A DNA stretch of 64,000 bases from Candidatus Latescibacterota bacterium (GCA_965203355.1 OZ241889.1:448001-512000); one strand, 5' to 3'; shown: positions 50,125 to 60,077, counted from the first letter of the stretch. Numbers and translations are program-made. Notes: generated by a model from the sequence alone, not told the origin.

Positions 50125-51368
50125 TGCTGTTCCGTGCGGCTCTCGGCACGGTCTGGACTTTGGCCTTGGTCTTTGCCGTTGAGGCACGGGTCGGAATCGA
50201 GATTGACCGCGAGTTCTCTGGGCGTTTGAACGTCGAAAGCCGATGGTTCCCCGAAGCCGGTGCCCATCCCGGCCAGCGCTCCCATGCGAGCGGCTTTGTT
50301 GCAGCGCCCAAACTCTACCTCGAAGACGCCGCGGGTAGAAGCCTCACTTTAGCACCGTTCTTTCGCTACGACAACGCGGACTCACGTCGCACCCATGCCG
50401 ATTTGCGCGAAGCCTATCTGCTGCTATTCGGCGAAATTGGCGAGGGCGAATGGGAACTGCGCGTGGGCGTCGATCAGGTGTTCTGGGGCGTCACCGAATC
50501 GCAGCACTTGGTCGATATCGTCAACCAAGTCGATTTCGTCGAACATCCGGCCGGAGAGGCCAAGCTGGGGCAACCCATGGTCCAGCTCACTTGGTCTAGT
50601 GATTGGGGAGTGATGGAAATACTGGGCCTGCCCTACCATCGCCCTCGCACCTTTCCGGGCCGAGCGGGCCGTCTGCGCCTGCCGCTCGTGATAGAAGCCG
50701 AGCATGTCGAGTACGAGAGCGAGGCCAAGGAGCGGCACGTGGATCTCGCCGCCCGCTACAGTCGCAGTTTTGGACTCGTCGACATAGGGGTGAGCGCATT
50801 CAACGGCACCAGCCGGGAGCCTGCTCTGAAGCCACGTAGCGGCCCGTCGGTCTTGGGTCAGTACTACGCGCAGATCCGCCAGTTTGGACTGGATGCCCAG
50901 CTAACGGTCGGCTCTTGGTTGTTCAAGCTGGAGGCCATTCAGCGCACCGGGGCCCGCAACCTGGTCGGCCTAGAAGAGGACTACATCGCTGCCGTTTTTG
51001 GCGGCGAGTACACGGTCTATTCCGCATTTGGCTCGGCTGCCGATCTCAGTTTGCTCGGCGAATGGAATTACGATGGGCGCGGTCGCAATGCCACTCCAAG
51101 TCGCTCGCCGAACACGCTCGAAAACGATCTCTTCGGCGCCGCTCGCCTTGCGTTTAACGATGTTCAGAGCAGTGAAATTACCGCTAGTATGCTGGGGGAT
51201 GTGGGCCGGGCCACCCGCGCCCTGGCCGTCGCATTGAAGCGGCGCATCGCCGACCATTGGTCCGTGAACCTAGAGTCGATCTATCTCCTCAATATCGACC
51301 AAGCGGACATCCACTACGAGACCCGACGCGACAGCTTCATTGACCTGAGCCTGATGTACAGTTTCTAG
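50124..51368 (+). CDS. Outer-membrane beta-barrel protein associated with MMPL/LolA-like systems
   Basis: Signal peptide; DLREAY, VFWGVTES.HLVDIVNQ.D, KLGQPM, LP..RPRTFPG..GRLR; terminal YSF. Confidence 0.8.
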   Translation: MLFRAALGTVWTLALVFAVEARVGIEIDREFSGRLNVESRWFPEAGAHPGQRSHASGFVAAPKLYLEDAAGRSLTLAPFFRYDNADSRRTHADLREAYLLLFGEIGEGEWELRVGVDQVFWGVTESQHLVDIVNQVDFVEHPAGEAKLGQPMVQLTWSSDWGVMEILGLPYHRPRTFPGRAGRLRLPLVIEAEHVEYESEAKERHVDLAARYSRSFGLVDIGVSAFNGTSREPALKPRSGPSVLGQYYAQIRQFGLDAQLTVGSWLFKLEAIQRTGARNLVGLEEDYIAAVFGGEYTVYSAFGSAADLSLLGEWNYDGRGRNATPSRSPNTLENDLFGAARLAFNDVQSSEITASMLGDVGRATRALAVALKRRIADHWSVNLESIYLLNIDQADIHYETRRDSFIDLSLMYSF

Positions 51369-51571
51369 CCCGTCGGATAAGGCGGAGCGTTTGGGGTTGC
51401 CGGTAGCGCAGGCAGAGAGCGGCGAGAACGGTATCGGCCTGGTCCTTGGCGATGGCTAAGGTCTGACGGCCGAGTTTTTCAATTCGCGCACAAGTATCAG
51501 CAGTGTTAGTCCGCACCGGCTCCGGCGAGGACCCCGCCCAATGGTCGAGGAGGATTTATCGATCCGTGCCG

Positions 51572-52708
51572 CTACATAGCCGACGGGGTGAGCCGCATCC
51601 CCGAGTGCCTTTCAATCCCTTCGTCACTCCAAACGACACCCAAACCAGGCTGGTCGGAGATGGTCAGGAAGCCTTCTTCGTCGAGGGAAAAAGACCCGCT
51701 GACGAGATCCTCAATGTAAGGGGACGGAGTGATGTATTCTACCCAACGGGCGGTCGGCACCGCCGCCACTAGCTGCAAGTCGGCCGCTAATCCGATGGCG
51801 GTGTTCCAGCCATGGGGGACGAAGAGAATCGAATGATCGTAAGCCGACATCGCGATGCGGAACTCCTCGGTGAGGCCACCGACCTTGGTGACGTCGGGTT
51901 GGACGTAGTCAACCGCACGGCGCTCGATCCACGGCATAAAGGACTGTCGGCGCGTCAGCACCTCGCAGCCCGTAATCGGCAAGGGCGCGTGCTCGGTGAG
52001 TTTGATGTACCCTTCCATATCGTCGGGGCGCAGGGCCTCCTCAAACCAAGTGACATCGTAATCGGCGAGCATGCGGGCGGTTTCGATTGCCCATTTGTAG
52101 CCGTGCGGCCAGTACTGGTCCGAGCCGCCGGCATCAACCATTAGCTCGACATCCGAGCCAACGGTTTCGCGCGCGGCTCGGACGATGCTTTCGTCGAGCG
52201 TTTTCGACACGCGGCCAAAGGGACCCCAGCCCATCTTTATCGCGCGAAATCCCCGGTCCATCGCGGCTTGCAGCCTCGGTATCAATTCGTCTGGCTCGGC
52301 CATGATGAGCGATCCATACGGCTTGACGCGCTCCCGGTACCGCCCGCCCAACAAGCGCGAGATAGGTTGAGACGTGATCTTGCCAAACAGGTCCCACAAG
52401 GCAATGTCAATGCCGGAAATGGCGTGCGTGACGGCACCACCTCGGCCCTGCCAAAAGGTGGCCTGATGCAGTTTCTCAGCGACCCGCGCCGGCTCAATGG
52501 ACTCTCCAATCAGCATGGGGTGCAGCAGCGCGAGCGAACCTGACACTAAGCGGGTGGAGGTAAAAACGGACCCCAGACCGGTCACTCCCTCGTCGGTGAT
52601 GATCTCCACGATCGTGTGCAGGTTGTCGCCGGGATCGCACCCCTGCTCCCAGCCACCGTCGGGCGTGGCACCCATCAAGGGTATCGCGCGAATATCTGCT
52701 ATCTTCAT
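51572..52708 (-). CDS. Mandelate racemase/muconate lactonizing enzyme family (enolase superfamily)
   Basis: AISGIDIALWDL.GK, K.G, MVDAG, WFEE, GCE, QPD..KVGG, PHGW. Confidence 0.92.
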   Translation of the reverse strand: MKIADIRAIPLMGATPDGGWEQGCDPGDNLHTIVEIITDEGVTGLGSVFTSTRLVSGSLALLHPMLIGESIEPARVAEKLHQATFWQGRGGAVTHAISGIDIALWDLFGKITSQPISRLLGGRYRERVKPYGSLIMAEPDELIPRLQAAMDRGFRAIKMGWGPFGRVSKTLDESIVRAARETVGSDVELMVDAGGSDQYWPHGYKWAIETARMLADYDVTWFEEALRPDDMEGYIKLTEHAPLPITGCEVLTRRQSFMPWIERRAVDYVQPDVTKVGGLTEEFRIAMSAYDHSILFVPHGWNTAIGLAADLQLVAAVPTARWVEYITPSPYIEDLVSGSFSLDEEGFLTISDQPGLGVVWSDEGIERHSGMRLTPSAM

Positions 52709-53121
52709 CGCTGGACCAGTTCGATGAGGATCCCGTCGGGGTCCAATGCACAGACAACGCCCGGCGTATCTGGAGCGGCCATAGGCTCGGACAGGAATTC
52801 CACGCCTTTGGCTTTCAGCGCGGCGCACTCGGCCTTCGCGTCGGCAACGAAAAAAGTGAGCCAGCGCACTCCAGCGGCAAATTGGGACGTCCGCGGCGGC
52901 GGCGGCGAAGCGATCTCCATCAGCTTGATCAGCGTCTCGCCCGCCCGTAGGCGCACCTGCCTGAAGCCTTGCGGTGCCAGCCCGACCCCCGTGGCTAGGT
53001 CTTCGGGAATGTCGATGTCGAGTACCACCTCGAATCCCAGTTTGTCGCGGTAGAACGCCAACGACTCTTCAAAATTGCTGCACACTATGCACAGGTCGAC
53101 GACCGGATGCGAGAGTTTCAT
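52705..53121 (-). CDS. VOC/glyoxalase family protein
   Basis: SLAFYRDKLGF, IKLME, DPDGILIELV. Confidence 0.88.
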   Translation of the reverse strand: MKLSHPVVDLCIVCSNFEESLAFYRDKLGFEVVLDIDIPEDLATGVGLAPQGFRQVRLRAGETLIKLMEIASPPPPRTSQFAAGVRWLTFFVADAKAECAALKAKGVEFLSEPMAAPDTPGVVCALDPDGILIELVQR

Positions 53122-53173
53122 AGTAATCTCCGGAGGAATAAAGTGGAAGACGAGTTAAGCGGATCGCCGCAAA

Positions 53174-53917
53174 CTAATCCACATCCACATCGAGGATATA
53201 GCGCGCCGCTGGCGGGATGCGCTTCCAAGTCTCGTAGCGCAGGTACTCGCGCTGGTTGAGCTGCTGGCCGTGCTCGCGGGCGGTAAAGTAGCAGTGCATG
53301 GCGCGGCGGGGCAGGTCCTTGCTCTGGTTGCGGGTGCCGCCGTGCCACGTGTGGCTGTTGAAGACGGCAACCGCGCCAGCCGGGGCAATGAGCCGCTCTT
53401 CGTCGGCCAAAACATGGCGCGGGTGCTGGCCTTTATGCGAGCCGGGCACCAGCCGAGTGCAGCCGTTTTCCTCGCTGAAGTTGTCCAGCAGCCAGATCGA
53501 GTTGCAGACGTGAAACTGGCCGTCGCAATCTGCTCCCCAGTCGGCGTGCAACCCCTGTAATCCCGCGCCGGGCAAGGCGTCGCGGGCATTGAGCGAGGAG
53601 AGCTTGAAGGAGCGGCCGATGACGTGGTGGACGGCGGCCAGCACTTTGGGGTGAGTATATACGCGGTCGAACACCGCCCCTTTGTTGCAGAGGTCGGCGA
53701 GGCGGCGCGTACCCGGCTCCTGATGGACTTCAATACCGGCGTGGACCCCTTCTTTTTCGCACAGTTCCTCAAAGCGGGTGCGCAGTGCCGCGAGCCACTC
53801 GTCGTCGATGATATCCAGAAGCACGGTGTACCCCTTGTCGTCGAGGTCGCTTCTGTTTTGCTCAGTCAGTACGCCTCGGTGGGCACCCAAGGCGTCCAAT
53901 GCGCGTACGATATCCAT
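53174..53917 (-). CDS. Phytanoyl-CoA dioxygenase (PhyH) family protein
   Basis: GLHADW (HxD), NGCTRLVPGSH, WHGG, R. Confidence 0.88.
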   Translation of the reverse strand: MDIVRALDALGAHRGVLTEQNRSDLDDKGYTVLLDIIDDEWLAALRTRFEELCEKEGVHAGIEVHQEPGTRRLADLCNKGAVFDRVYTHPKVLAAVHHVIGRSFKLSSLNARDALPGAGLQGLHADWGADCDGQFHVCNSIWLLDNFSEENGCTRLVPGSHKGQHPRHVLADEERLIAPAGAVAVFNSHTWHGGTRNQSKDLPRRAMHCYFTAREHGQQLNQREYLRYETWKRIPPAARYILDVDVD

Positions 53918-53921
53918 TCTT

Positions 53922-54776
53922 CTATTGCTCCGCTTCCGTTTCAACGAGCGCCTTGAGCGGCACGTCTTCGTCCCGGGGCAAGTAGTAGCTCAAGGGATCG
54001 CCGACGACGCCGATGAGCTGTCTTTGGATCGGATTGCAGCGGGCGACGAGTTCGTCGGGCATGGCGATATAATCCATGGGTTTGACCCAGCGGTAACCGT
54101 AGCCAAAGAACGCGGTTTTGCGCGGGAAGCCTGCCCAGTTGTGGCCGATGGAGTGATAGGTGCGCTGCTCAAACAGGAAGGCCGAGCCAGCGCGGATATT
54201 CATCGCCTGTGCGCCGTATGGCAGACCAGTCTTGGGGTCCGTGGCCGGGCGTCCGAGCAGGCGGTTGGAACCGGGCGCGATCCAAGTCGCCCCCGAAGCC
54301 GGAGCGGTCTGGTCGCTGAGGGCATAGGCGATCTTTAGCAAAATGCGCGGGTGTGGCTCGCTCATCTCGCGGGACGAGGTGCCGCCATCGCGGTGCCAGC
54401 CGAGCTTGTTTTTTTCGCCGGCAGCCGGCTCGTCGCCCGAGGGCAGGACGATCAAGTGCGAGGTCAGCATTTGGATATTCCAGCCGAGAAGCTGCCACGC
54501 CAGCGGAACCGTGGCGGGCCAGTCGAGGAGCTGGAGGAAAGCGGGGTGCTCAACGATGCAGTTGCGCATGTTGAGCTTGCCGCCCTTTTCTAGCCGACCA
54601 GCGTCGGCATCGCGTGCATAGAGCGCATCCGCGGCCGCGTTGAGCTCAGCGAGTGTATCGGGAGGCAGGACATCTTCGACGAGGAGATAGCCTTGCTGTT
54701 CAAAGAATGCTTGGTTTTCCGGGGTGAGGACCGCTTGGGCCAGAGGTAGAGTCATAGGTACAAAATTAAAGGGCAT
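53922..54776 (-). CDS. Phytanoyl-CoA dioxygenase (PhyH) family protein
   Basis: FEQQGYL, WHRD, GATWIAPGS, YHS. Confidence 0.88.
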   Translation of the reverse strand: MPFNFVPMTLPLAQAVLTPENQAFFEQQGYLLVEDVLPPDTLAELNAAADALYARDADAGRLEKGGKLNMRNCIVEHPAFLQLLDWPATVPLAWQLLGWNIQMLTSHLIVLPSGDEPAAGEKNKLGWHRDGGTSSREMSEPHPRILLKIAYALSDQTAPASGATWIAPGSNRLLGRPATDPKTGLPYGAQAMNIRAGSAFLFEQRTYHSIGHNWAGFPRKTAFFGYGYRWVKPMDYIAMPDELVARCNPIQRQLIGVVGDPLSYYLPRDEDVPLKALVETEAEQ

Positions 54777-54820
54777 TTTTCGTTTGACAACAGTTCAGAC
54801 AAGCAACCCCAAAACGAACC

Positions 54821-55156
54821 GTGCAAACTTCTTGCCCGGTGCGTTACGTAGATTATTTTCTAGCCGAATACCACGACGTTTTGCGTCGCGACGCTTTCCG
54901 GGCGTACTTCTCCGAGCAAGATCGGGAAGTCATATTGGACTACCTCGACGACAACGCGCTGCATATCGCCAGTCGCTTCGTCGTACTTTGCCTGCCGGAT
55001 TCAGGTGATGTGCCGTTTTTGGCAGCAGCCCTATCGGAGGAGGTGCCCTTGGTGACGGGCAATGCGAAGCATTATCCTTTAGAAAAGCGGGGCACTTGCC
55101 AAGTGCTTAGCCCGAAAGAATTCCTGCATAGGTACTTTTCGCATCCATCGGTATGA
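54821..55156 (+). pseudogene. N-terminally truncated PIN-domain (VapC-like) toxin
   Basis: LAEY.DVL.R..F and LPD..D.PFL..AL.....LVTGN.KHYP...VLSP.EFL are present. The N-terminal DTNV strand and an antitoxin are missing. Confidence 0.7.
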
Positions 55157-55240
55157 GGCACATGGAGTTGGCCGAAAAATGAAAGAGAAACTGCGCGAGG
55201 ATTTGGACAAGCGCAAAATCCACCAGATTCTGCCTGACGT

Positions 55241-56455
55241 ATGACCGCACTCGACGGCATCCGCGTCCTCGACTTCACCCAAGTCATCTTCGGCCCAGCC
55301 GCCACCCAAGTTTTGGCCGATCACGGCGCCGAAGTCATCAAGGTAGAGCGACCCGGCGGCGACCTAGCCCGCGCCTTTGGGCCATGGATAAAGGAGCAAA
55401 GCCTGCCCTTTGCCAGCCTCAACCGCGCCAAAAAGAGCTTGGTCATCAATCTCAAGAAGCCTGCGGGATTGAGCGTTGTCCATCGCCTGTTAGCAAACAC
55501 AGACGTGCTAGTACACAACTTCCGCTCTGGCTCCGTCATGGCCAAGCTGGGGCTGGATTACGCGGCCCTGCGGGAGCCGTACCCACGGCTTATCTACGCC
55601 GTTGGTTCGGGCTATGGTTCCCAAGGTCCGTACAGCGAGCGCAACAAGGGCGGCCACGAGTCCATGGCCCAGGCACTGAGCGGCGTGGCGACCCGCTTTG
55701 TCGGCCCCCACGGCACCCCTCAGCGCCTGCCCTATACGATTGCCGATTTCAACGGCGGCATGTTGTTGGCGCAGGGCATTCTCCTCGCGCTATTGGCCCG
55801 CGAGCGCACCGGCACTGGTCAATACGTGGAAACCTCGCTCCTCGACGGCATGATGAGTATGCAGGCTTGGGCGACGACTAAAATCCTCAATCTCGGCGAC
55901 GACGGGGAAGACGATGGCTCGGGAGGCGCGACGCATCCACGCGGCAACCCGCTCGACGGCGCGGTGTTCAAGACAGCCGATGGGTTCTTGATGGTCACTG
56001 CGCTTTTCCGTCCCTTTGACCAACTATTGCGCGATTTGCAGGAGGCCCTAGCGATTGACGGGCTGGTCGGGGATCCGCGTTTTGCCACGCTCGCCGAGGC
56101 CGTAGAGAACCGCACGGCCCTGCGGGAACGGCTAGCGCCGATCTTTGCACAGAAAACAAACGCCGAGTGGATTCCGCTGCTAGAGGCCAAGGACATCCTC
56201 GTCGCACCGGTGCGCTCGACCGCCGAGGCCCTAGTCGATCCTCAACTCGAGGTCAACGAGTTGCTCGTCGAAGTCCAACATCCGCAAGTGGGTGCCATGC
56301 GCCACGTCGGAACGCCCCTGCGGCTAGCCGGGACGCCAGCCCCCGCACCGACAGCCGCCCCCTTGCCCGGGGAACACACCGAGGTTGTGCTGCGCGAGGC
56401 TGGGTACGCGGACGCCGAGATCGCTGCGTTGCGCGCAAAGAAGGTCATTCTCTGA
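55241..56455 (+). CDS. CaiB/BaiF family III CoA-transferase
   Basis: LDGIRVLDFTQ..FGP, GAEVIKVERP.GD, LNR.KKS, HNFR, D..GG, GQ.VETSL, P..GEHT. Confidence 0.92.
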   Translation: MTALDGIRVLDFTQVIFGPAATQVLADHGAEVIKVERPGGDLARAFGPWIKEQSLPFASLNRAKKSLVINLKKPAGLSVVHRLLANTDVLVHNFRSGSVMAKLGLDYAALREPYPRLIYAVGSGYGSQGPYSERNKGGHESMAQALSGVATRFVGPHGTPQRLPYTIADFNGGMLLAQGILLALLARERTGTGQYVETSLLDGMMSMQAWATTKILNLGDDGEDDGSGGATHPRGNPLDGAVFKTADGFLMVTALFRPFDQLLRDLQEALAIDGLVGDPRFATLAEAVENRTALRERLAPIFAQKTNAEWIPLLEAKDILVAPVRSTAEALVDPQLEVNELLVEVQHPQVGAMRHVGTPLRLAGTPAPAPTAAPLPGEHTEVVLREAGYADAEIAALRAKKVIL

Positions 56456-56474
56456 ATTATACTTAGGAGGTCCC

Positions 56475-57458
56475 ATGACTGACATCGTGCGCTATGGAGT
56501 ATTGGGCACCGCCCAAATTGCCCTCAACCGCCATCTGCCGGCCGCGCAAGCCATCGGCCACGCCGAAATCGCGGCCATATCGAGCAGAGACCAAGCCAAG
56601 GCCGAAGCAAGTGCGGCCCAACACGGCATTGCCAAGGCGTATGGCTCATACCAAGCCGTGTTGGACGATCCCGAAATCGACGCGATCATCAATCCCTTGC
56701 CCAATAGCATGCACTGCGAGTGGACGGTCAAGGCGGCGCAGGCCGGCAAGCACATCCTCTGCGAAAAACCGCTCGCCGTTACTGTGGCGCAAGCGCGGCA
56801 GATGATCGACGCAGCCCGAGCCAACCGGGTGCTCTTAGTCGAGGCTTTCACCCACCGCCTCAACCCGCAGTTGCAATGCACGCGCCGACTAGTGCAGCAA
56901 GGAGAGGTCGGCGAAGTGAAACTAGCGCGGGCCGAGCTAACCTTTGGCATCCGCGATTGGGCCACCGACGTCCGGGCGCAAAAAAATCTGGGCGGCGGCG
57001 CACTTTTGGACGCGGGGTGCTACTGCGTCAGTGCCGTGCGCTTTGTGCTCAATGCCGAGCCGGTGGCCGCGCAGGCTTTTCAGCACGTGCGCCAGGGCGT
57101 GGACGCAACCTTGGCTGGGCTGTTGCGCTTTCCCGGCGACCACATCGCCTATGTCGCGGCCGGCATGGAGGGGCCGTTCCGCTGCGTGTTGGAGATCGTC
57201 GGCAGCCACGGCGCGATCCGCGTGCCCAACATGTTCGACGAGCAGGCCGCGGTCCACATCGCCATCGGCAATGACGAGCGCGTGGAGACTTTCTCTGGGC
57301 CGGATCGCTTTCAGGTCCAGCTAGCGCGCTTCTCTAACTGCATTCTCCAAGGCAAAGCACCCGAATTCCCGCCCGCAGACGGCCTCAAGAACGTGGCTAC
57401 ACTACAGGCCCTAAAGCAGGCTGCCGAATCGGGGGGCCTAGTCGAAGTGCCGTCTTGA
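56475..57458 (+). CDS. Gfo/Idh/MocA oxidoreductase
   Basis: YGVLGTAQIA, PLPNSMH.EW, GKHILCEKP, GGGALLDAGCY; AGGAGG RBS. Confidence 0.92.
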   Translation: MTDIVRYGVLGTAQIALNRHLPAAQAIGHAEIAAISSRDQAKAEASAAQHGIAKAYGSYQAVLDDPEIDAIINPLPNSMHCEWTVKAAQAGKHILCEKPLAVTVAQARQMIDAARANRVLLVEAFTHRLNPQLQCTRRLVQQGEVGEVKLARAELTFGIRDWATDVRAQKNLGGGALLDAGCYCVSAVRFVLNAEPVAAQAFQHVRQGVDATLAGLLRFPGDHIAYVAAGMEGPFRCVLEIVGSHGAIRVPNMFDEQAAVHIAIGNDERVETFSGPDRFQVQLARFSNCILQGKAPEFPPADGLKNVATLQALKQAAESGGLVEVPS

Positions 57459-57546
57459 GCAATAGGCCCGCCACGCTCTCCCTCAACAAGCCACCGCTCA
57501 AGTAGGAAAGGCTCAGCGCAAACTTCAACGACGAGAAGGTACTGCT

Positions 57547-58428
57547 ATGGAAAAATTTGCCCCCTTGAACATGTCCCCAGCAGAGCTAATCGAGTACACG
57601 CCCGAGTGGGCGGGCGAGCGCTTTGCCGACGGCCGCCCCAAGGTCCCCGACGACATCCTCGAGCGCACGCGCAACGTCAGCATTACTCAAGCCTGGGGCG
57701 TCATGCGCGGCCCCGGCTACAACTGGCAGTACGAAGACGGCTGGATTTGTACGCACCCGGGCCAAGTGCTGGTGGGCCGCGCCCTGACAGCTATGTACAT
57801 GCCACGGCGGCCCGTCATGCGGCGGGTCATGGAAGAAAAAGGGGAACGAGCCGGCTGCATTGGCGACCAAATCTCGTGGCCCATTGATAGGCTGGTGCCC
57901 GGAGACGTGTACGTAGCCGACGTATTCGGCAAAATCGACCAAGGCGCGGTCATTGGCGACAATCTCGCCACGGCCATCTACGCCAATTCGGGCAACGGAG
58001 TGGTTCACGACGCGGCGGTCCGCGACATCGACGGCATCCAGGAACTACCCAACTTCACCAGTTTCGTGCGCGGCTTTCACCCCACCTTTGCCTCGCCCAC
58101 CATCATGCTGGCCGGGGTCAACTGTCCAATACGCATCGGCAGGGCCACGGTCATGCCCGGCGACGTAGTCCTCGGCCGCGATGATGGCGTCGTCTTCATA
58201 CCGCCTCATCTAGCCGAACAAGTGGTCAAGACCTCCGAGCTGATCGCGCTCCGCGACCGCTTTGGCAAGCAGCGTCTGGCCGAGGGCAAATACACGCCGG
58301 GCCAAATCGATACCCGTTGGTCTGATCCAATTGAAGAGGACTTCTCGCGCTGGTTGGAAAGTCACATCGACGAACTGCCCGTGCCGCGTGCCGCCATTCA
58401 AGAACTGCTCAAGGAGCGGACTTGGTAG
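57547..58428 (+). CDS. RraA/HMG-aldolase family protein
   Basis: RFADGRP.VPD, GDNLA, VRD, PGDVVLG..DGVVFIP. Confidence 0.85.
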   Translation: MEKFAPLNMSPAELIEYTPEWAGERFADGRPKVPDDILERTRNVSITQAWGVMRGPGYNWQYEDGWICTHPGQVLVGRALTAMYMPRRPVMRRVMEEKGERAGCIGDQISWPIDRLVPGDVYVADVFGKIDQGAVIGDNLATAIYANSGNGVVHDAAVRDIDGIQELPNFTSFVRGFHPTFASPTIMLAGVNCPIRIGRATVMPGDVVLGRDDGVVFIPPHLAEQVVKTSELIALRDRFGKQRLAEGKYTPGQIDTRWSDPIEEDFSRWLESHIDELPVPRAAIQELLKERTW

Positions 58429-59191
58429 GCTCGGGCGGCGGCTGGCCGACGACCAGTTTACCACCCTTGAGAAAAGGCTCGGCATTGCCCCAGAGTTTGC
58501 TGCCGTCGGCCGAGATCAGGGGCTCGCAGGAATACTGGGCCAAGTACACGCGGCGCATCTGCTCGGTGGCATTGGTGCCGCTGGAGTGAAAATTGACGCT
58601 GGTGAAAACGGCAATGCTGCCAGCCGGAGCGACGACCGAGACGCCGGGGTCGCGGCCGAAATAGCCGACCAAATCGTTGCTCCCTTCCTCGCGGACGTGC
58701 TTGACCCAAGTGCGAATGCCCGAGCGCGAAAAGGGCAGCAAGTGGACGGTGCCATTGGCCTCGGACATGTCGTCGAGGGCGCACCAACAGGTTAGATACG
58801 GCTTGTGATCCGGGTAGCCGACGTAGCCCGAGTCTTGGTGCCAAGAGAACTTCATGCCAGTCTCGGCACCTTTGACTACGTATTGCTCCCAGAACAAGTA
58901 GGCGTCGTCGCCCAAGGTGGCTTGGCATATTGCGGCCATTAGGGGGCTGAAGAGGAACTCGCGCAGGCGCGGCTGATCGCGGAAGCAATTGGCGACAAAG
59001 TAGCGGCTGTTGCGATGATTGAGACCCAGCGTATCCGTGCCCTCGGCGTCCATCCGGGCGTTGGCCTTGTCGATGAAGGCTTGGCACTCGCCGCGCAGGA
59101 GATCGAGGTGGTGGGCGGGGATCGCGTTTTCGAGGATGAAATAGCCCTCTTCTTTGAATTGCTGCTTTTGGGCGTCGGTGATCTGGTACAT
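58409..59191 (-). CDS. Phytanoyl-CoA dioxygenase (PhyH) family protein
   Basis: FKEEGYF, FSWHQDSGY, WCALDD...NG, FHSSG.N, RR. Confidence 0.9.
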   Translation of the reverse strand: MYQITDAQKQQFKEEGYFILENAIPAHHLDLLRGECQAFIDKANARMDAEGTDTLGLNHRNSRYFVANCFRDQPRLREFLFSPLMAAICQATLGDDAYLFWEQYVVKGAETGMKFSWHQDSGYVGYPDHKPYLTCWCALDDMSEANGTVHLLPFSRSGIRTWVKHVREEGSNDLVGYFGRDPGVSVVAPAGSIAVFTSVNFHSSGTNATEQMRRVYLAQYSCEPLISADGSKLWGNAEPFLKGGKLVVGQPPPEPTKSAP

Positions 59192-59306
59192 GAATCGCTC
59201 CATCAATTGAAATTTAATGTGTAAATTGAGGCGATATACTGATATGTGCAAGCCTTGCACGCGAACAAAAAAATATAAAACTTGAAGAAACGTGGGTGCA
59301 TATAAA

Positions 59307-59930
59307 ATGGAAACCCCAGCAATACTCCAAGCACTAGAACTGACCTCTTGGTGGGAGGTGCCAGCGGTCGTCTTGGCCATTCTCTACTTAGTCCTGGCGG
59401 CACGGGAAAATATCTGGTGTTGGGCGGCGGCTTTCGCCAGCACCGCGATGTACATCTACGTCTTCTTCGATGTCAAGCTGTTCTTAGAATCGGCCCTACA
59501 GATTTACTACCTGGGCATGGCGGTTTATGGCTGGTACCAATGGCAGCATCCCTCCAATCAATCTGCAACGCTGCCCATTTCTACTTGGTCGCTCAAAAAG
59601 CACAGCGTGGTTATTGCTGCGACGGGTGCTATTGTGGTGCTGTCCGGGTATCTTTTGCGCGAAAATACAACGGCGGCCTTGCCGTATGTCGATGCCTTCA
59701 CCACTTGGTATGCGGTGGTAACGACCTATATGGTGGCAAAGAAGATTTTGGAGAATTGGGCGTACTGGTTTGTCATCGACAGCGTGTCGGTGTATCTCTA
59801 CTATAGCCGAGGGCTCTATCTGACCGCTCTGTTGTTTATCGCCTATTTGGTTATTATTGTCTTTGGCTATTTAAGATGGAAAAGAGAGTACGATCAGCAA
59901 CCCGGCCCGCAAAGGAGTTCCATGTTGTAA
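59307..59930 (+). CDS. pnuC: PnuC-family vitamin/nucleoside transporter
   Basis: YLVL..REN.W.W, LQ.YY..M..YGW..W, PY.DAFTT, K..ENW..W..D. Confidence 0.9.
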   Translation: METPAILQALELTSWWEVPAVVLAILYLVLAARENIWCWAAAFASTAMYIYVFFDVKLFLESALQIYYLGMAVYGWYQWQHPSNQSATLPISTWSLKKHSVVIAATGAIVVLSGYLLRENTTAALPYVDAFTTWYAVVTTYMVAKKILENWAYWFVIDSVSVYLYYSRGLYLTALLFIAYLVIIVFGYLRWKREYDQQPGPQRSSML

Positions 59931-60073
59931 GAAGCGTTTTTAAAATTATGCTTGTTGTTTTTTGATGCCCAAAAAGCCTAGTAGTACTGGAGTCTTGCCC
60001 GCGGAAAACGCCCGATCCAGGAACCGCTCGACGGCCCGTTGAACTAGTCCGACGAGAATCTTAAAAAGGCTTC
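59931..60073. mobile_element. MITE copy 2 (~143 bp)
   Basis: TIRs GAAGCGTTTTTAAAATT / AATCTTAAAAAGGCTTC (15/17) flanked by TAA on both sides. The left TAA is the pnuC stop codon. Confidence 0.8.
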
Positions 60074-60077
60074 TAAG

